Both the position numbers and the translations under genes were made by a program. A stretch of DNA of 64,000 bases, from positions 7,315 to 71,314 of the forward strand of contig JBMFVV010000005.1 of NCBI GenBank assembly GCA_049965815.1, read 5' to 3'. The notes beneath the pieces are model-generated. The model did not search any database. It saw only the letters and a program-made list of their open reading frames with translations, and was not told the DNA's origin. Shown here one piece after another: positions 61,500-64,000 of this stretch. This DNA comes from Thermoplasmata archaeon (GTDB taxonomy: Archaea; Thermoplasmatota; Thermoplasmata; Thermoplasmatales; GCA-001856825). Numbering within the stretch: the stretch's first letter is position 1; every line of letters starts with the position of its first letter.

Positions 61500-63275
61500 A
61501 TGGTACAGTACAAATGGGTAGCGCTATCAAACACTACCATTGGCGTTCTGATGGCTTCGATAAACTCTACAATCATGCTGATCTCTCTCCCTGCAATATT
61601 TAGAGGAATAGACATAAACCCGTTCCAGGCGAGTTCGTTTGTCTATCTTCTATGGATTATGATGGGATATATGATTGTGACTGCTGTAATGCTCGTTACA
61701 GTAGGAAGGTTATCTGACATATACGGAAGAGTTAGACTCTTCAATCTAGGATTCCTAATATTCACCATCGGATCCATTTTATTATTCATAACTCCTGGAA
61801 AGGGAGATGTGGCAGGAGACGAAATTATCTTTTTCAGAATTTTTCAAGCAACTGGAGGTTCATTCCTGTTTGCAAATTCTGCGGCTATAATCACCGACAG
61901 CTTCGGTCCAAGTGAGAGGGGTAAGGCAATGGGAATAAACCAGATAGCTGGCCTAGCCGGCTCTCTCATAGGCCTTATTTTAGGTGGAATTCTGGCTACT
62001 CTCGATTGGAGGTATGTGTTTCTCGTGAGCGTACCCGTTGGACTTCTGGGAACGGTGTGGTCTTACCTCAAACTCAAGGATACTTCCATAAGACACAAAG
62101 ACCAGAAAGTAGATATTTCAGGCAATGTTTCATTTGCCGCCGGACTCACGCTAATATTGATCGGGCTCACCTATGGACTGATGCCATACGGTTCCTCTTC
62201 AATGGGTTGGTCAAACCCATGGGTTATCACATCGATGGTCTCCGGACTGGCACTTATTGTAGCATTCGTAATCATTGAAAGATATGTTGAACAGCCAATG
62301 TTCAACCTGTCTCTATTCAAGAACAGAGCATTTTCTGCCGGAAGTATTGCAGGCATGCTTCAGTCTATGGGAATGGGCGGGATAATGTTCATGCTCATAA
62401 TTCTGCTGCAGGGGATCTGGCTACCGTTACATGGCTATTCGTACACAAGCGTACCCTTCTGGGCTGGAGTTTACATGATACCCATGATGGTAGGGTTCAT
62501 TATTTTCGGACCAATAAGTGGTGCTATTTCCGATAAGACAGGAGCGAGATTCATCGCAACGTTGGGAATGGTTATTGCCGCAGCTTCCTTGATACTCCTC
62601 TCTACTCTCAGCTACAACTTTTCATATCTCTATTTTGCAATTATGCTCTTCATTATGGGATCCGGAATGGGTCTTTTCGCAGCTCCTAACATAACTGCGG
62701 TTATGAATTCTGTAATGCCACAGCTAAGGGGTGCCGCATCCGGAATGAGAGCTACATTGCAGAATACGGGGCAAACTGCAAGCATGGGGATATTTTTTAC
62801 GATAGTCCTAATTTCCCTCACTACTAAACTGCCGTCTGCATTCAGCGGTGCACTAGCTACAGTTGGTGCACCTGTCTTAATTCCTTTCTTTATCAAGATT
62901 CCACCGACTTCAGCCCTATTCTCCGCTTTCCTTGGCTACAATCCAATGCAGACGATTTTGGGATTCTTCCCTTCATCTTATACATCTGCAATTATTGGAC
63001 ATTCAGTCCTCGTTACGCTAGAGGGTAAGACATGGTTTCCGCGTGCTCTTGCAAGTGCATTCATGGGATCACTTAGAGTGTCCTTCTACATTGGTGCAGC
63101 TATTTTCGTTGTAGCAGCAATTCTGTCTGCATTTAGAGGAAAGAGATATGTATTCGATGAGACGCCTACCAATCGAGGAAACAATCTAGCTCTGGAAGAA
63201 TCCAACTCTAATAACTCAACGGGTCCAGAATCCAAAGATTTGGGCAATCTGCCAGTGGGTGGGAAGAAGCAATGA
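61500..63275 (+). CDS. MFS transporter, DHA2/EmrB-like (14-TM drug:H+ antiporter type)
   Basis: 591 aa, about 14 TM segments, with VGRLSDIYGRVRLF. It is translationally coupled to the MarR gene. Confidence 0.8.
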   Translation: MVQYKWVALSNTTIGVLMASINSTIMLISLPAIFRGIDINPFQASSFVYLLWIMMGYMIVTAVMLVTVGRLSDIYGRVRLFNLGFLIFTIGSILLFITPGKGDVAGDEIIFFRIFQATGGSFLFANSAAIITDSFGPSERGKAMGINQIAGLAGSLIGLILGGILATLDWRYVFLVSVPVGLLGTVWSYLKLKDTSIRHKDQKVDISGNVSFAAGLTLILIGLTYGLMPYGSSSMGWSNPWVITSMVSGLALIVAFVIIERYVEQPMFNLSLFKNRAFSAGSIAGMLQSMGMGGIMFMLIILLQGIWLPLHGYSYTSVPFWAGVYMIPMMVGFIIFGPISGAISDKTGARFIATLGMVIAAASLILLSTLSYNFSYLYFAIMLFIMGSGMGLFAAPNITAVMNSVMPQLRGAASGMRATLQNTGQTASMGIFFTIVLISLTTKLPSAFSGALATVGAPVLIPFFIKIPPTSALFSAFLGYNPMQTILGFFPSSYTSAIIGHSVLVTLEGKTWFPRALASAFMGSLRVSFYIGAAIFVVAAILSAFRGKRYVFDETPTNRGNNLALEESNSNNSTGPESKDLGNLPVGGKKQ

Positions 63276-63724
63276 ACAAGGTTAAACGTGAAGTGGGAAA
63301 GGATAGAGACATTATCGAGATATGGGAAATACTATCCAGAGTATCTAGGAATAGCAGAAGGAAGATAACAGGCGAGCTGTATAGTTTAGAGATAAAACCT
63401 GTAGAGTACAAGGTTCTTTATGTTCTCTCACGTGACGGGACCAAAAGCTTGGTTTCACTCGCTTCGTGTAGTGAAGTGAGTGGCCCCTGGATTACTGGAG
63501 TGGTAGACGAACTAGTAAGAAAGGGTCTTGTTAAGAAAATAAGGAGCAACACAGACAGACGTGTCATTCACGTGACCATCACGGAGAAAGGAAAAGAAGT
63601 CACGTCCAAGGGCACCCTAGCTTATAAGCGCCTTATAGAGATGGCAATGAGAGATCTAACTACTGACGAAATTTCAGAATTCCTGAGCGTATTGAAGAAG
63701 ATAGATAGAACTATAAAGGAATGA
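63272..63724 (+). CDS. MarR-family transcriptional regulator
   Basis: 150 aa with a wHTH core (LSRDGTKSLVSLASCSEVSGPWITGVVDELVRKGLVKKIRSNTDRRVIHVTITEKG). It overlaps the MFS stop by 4 nt (ATGA). Confidence 0.8.
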   Translation: MNKVKREVGKDRDIIEIWEILSRVSRNSRRKITGELYSLEIKPVEYKVLYVLSRDGTKSLVSLASCSEVSGPWITGVVDELVRKGLVKKIRSNTDRRVIHVTITEKGKEVTSKGTLAYKRLIEMAMRDLTTDEISEFLSVLKKIDRTIKE

Positions 63725-64000
63725 ACTAACAAATTTATGGTCTGTGGAATTCATTGACCATATTTCTTGGCACAGAAAAAACTATTCTTCTTGGGTACAA
63801 GTGTGGTAATATCCTTTCAAAGAATTAATTTACCTTCCCAGAGAAATAAAACGTTTTCAAGAATCTAGGATTCTTTACTCTTGTAGGAATAACAGTAGAC
63901 TATGATTTTCGTAATTAAGTAAAGCCCTAAAAAAACCTACTCAAAGGAATTGTATATTACAGATACTCTACGGGGAAATTATGAGTAAATATTGGGTATA

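Overview
This window looks like an archaeal chromosome segment, most likely from the Thermoplasmatales. The evidence is an A1A0 ATP synthase operon with an intein in atpA, a close homolog of tricorn-interacting factor F1 (proline iminopeptidase), a Gar1-TFB gene pair, an intron-containing tRNA, and family-B DNA polymerase. Core housekeeping genes: an ABC transporter (0-3.1 kb); ATP synthase genes in the order K-E-C-F-A-B-D-H-I (3.2-13.1 kb, minus strand); tRNA-Gly; peroxiredoxin; GluRS; a NOG1-like GTPase; PheRS beta; ribosomal protein S3Ae; tRNA-Met(CAU) with a 27-nt intron; hutU; pip; polB; pyrG; gar1; tfb; tRNA-Lys; deoC; a DapA-family aldolase; a tungsten-type aldehyde:ferredoxin oxidoreductase; and several MFS transporters. 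Immediately 3' of tRNA-Met lies an ~11 kb accessory mosaic (21.7-33.0 kb). It holds a complete IS200/IS605 element (tnpA+tnpB), a GT2 glycosyltransferase, a second solo tnpB, an orphan antitoxin-like gene, VapBC, RelE/RHH, an IS630 remnant, an SNF2-helicase + SWIM zinc-finger pair, two orphan TnpB-3'-end hairpin remnants and an internally deleted IS1634-like remnant. A frameshifted IS110-family element sits at 38.8-40.1 kb. A five-gene type IV pilus-like operon at 42.5-48.3 kb has two paralogous FlaI/VirB11-type ATPases and a split FlaJ/TadC-type platform. I found no rRNA genes or CRISPR arrays. The best candidates for follow-up are the SNF2+SWIM pair in its TA/IS-rich island, the dual-ATPase pilus-like operon, the covarying TnpB-end hairpin family, and the full-length LAGLIDADG intein in atpA. 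All functional calls come from motif recognition by eye; no database search was run.
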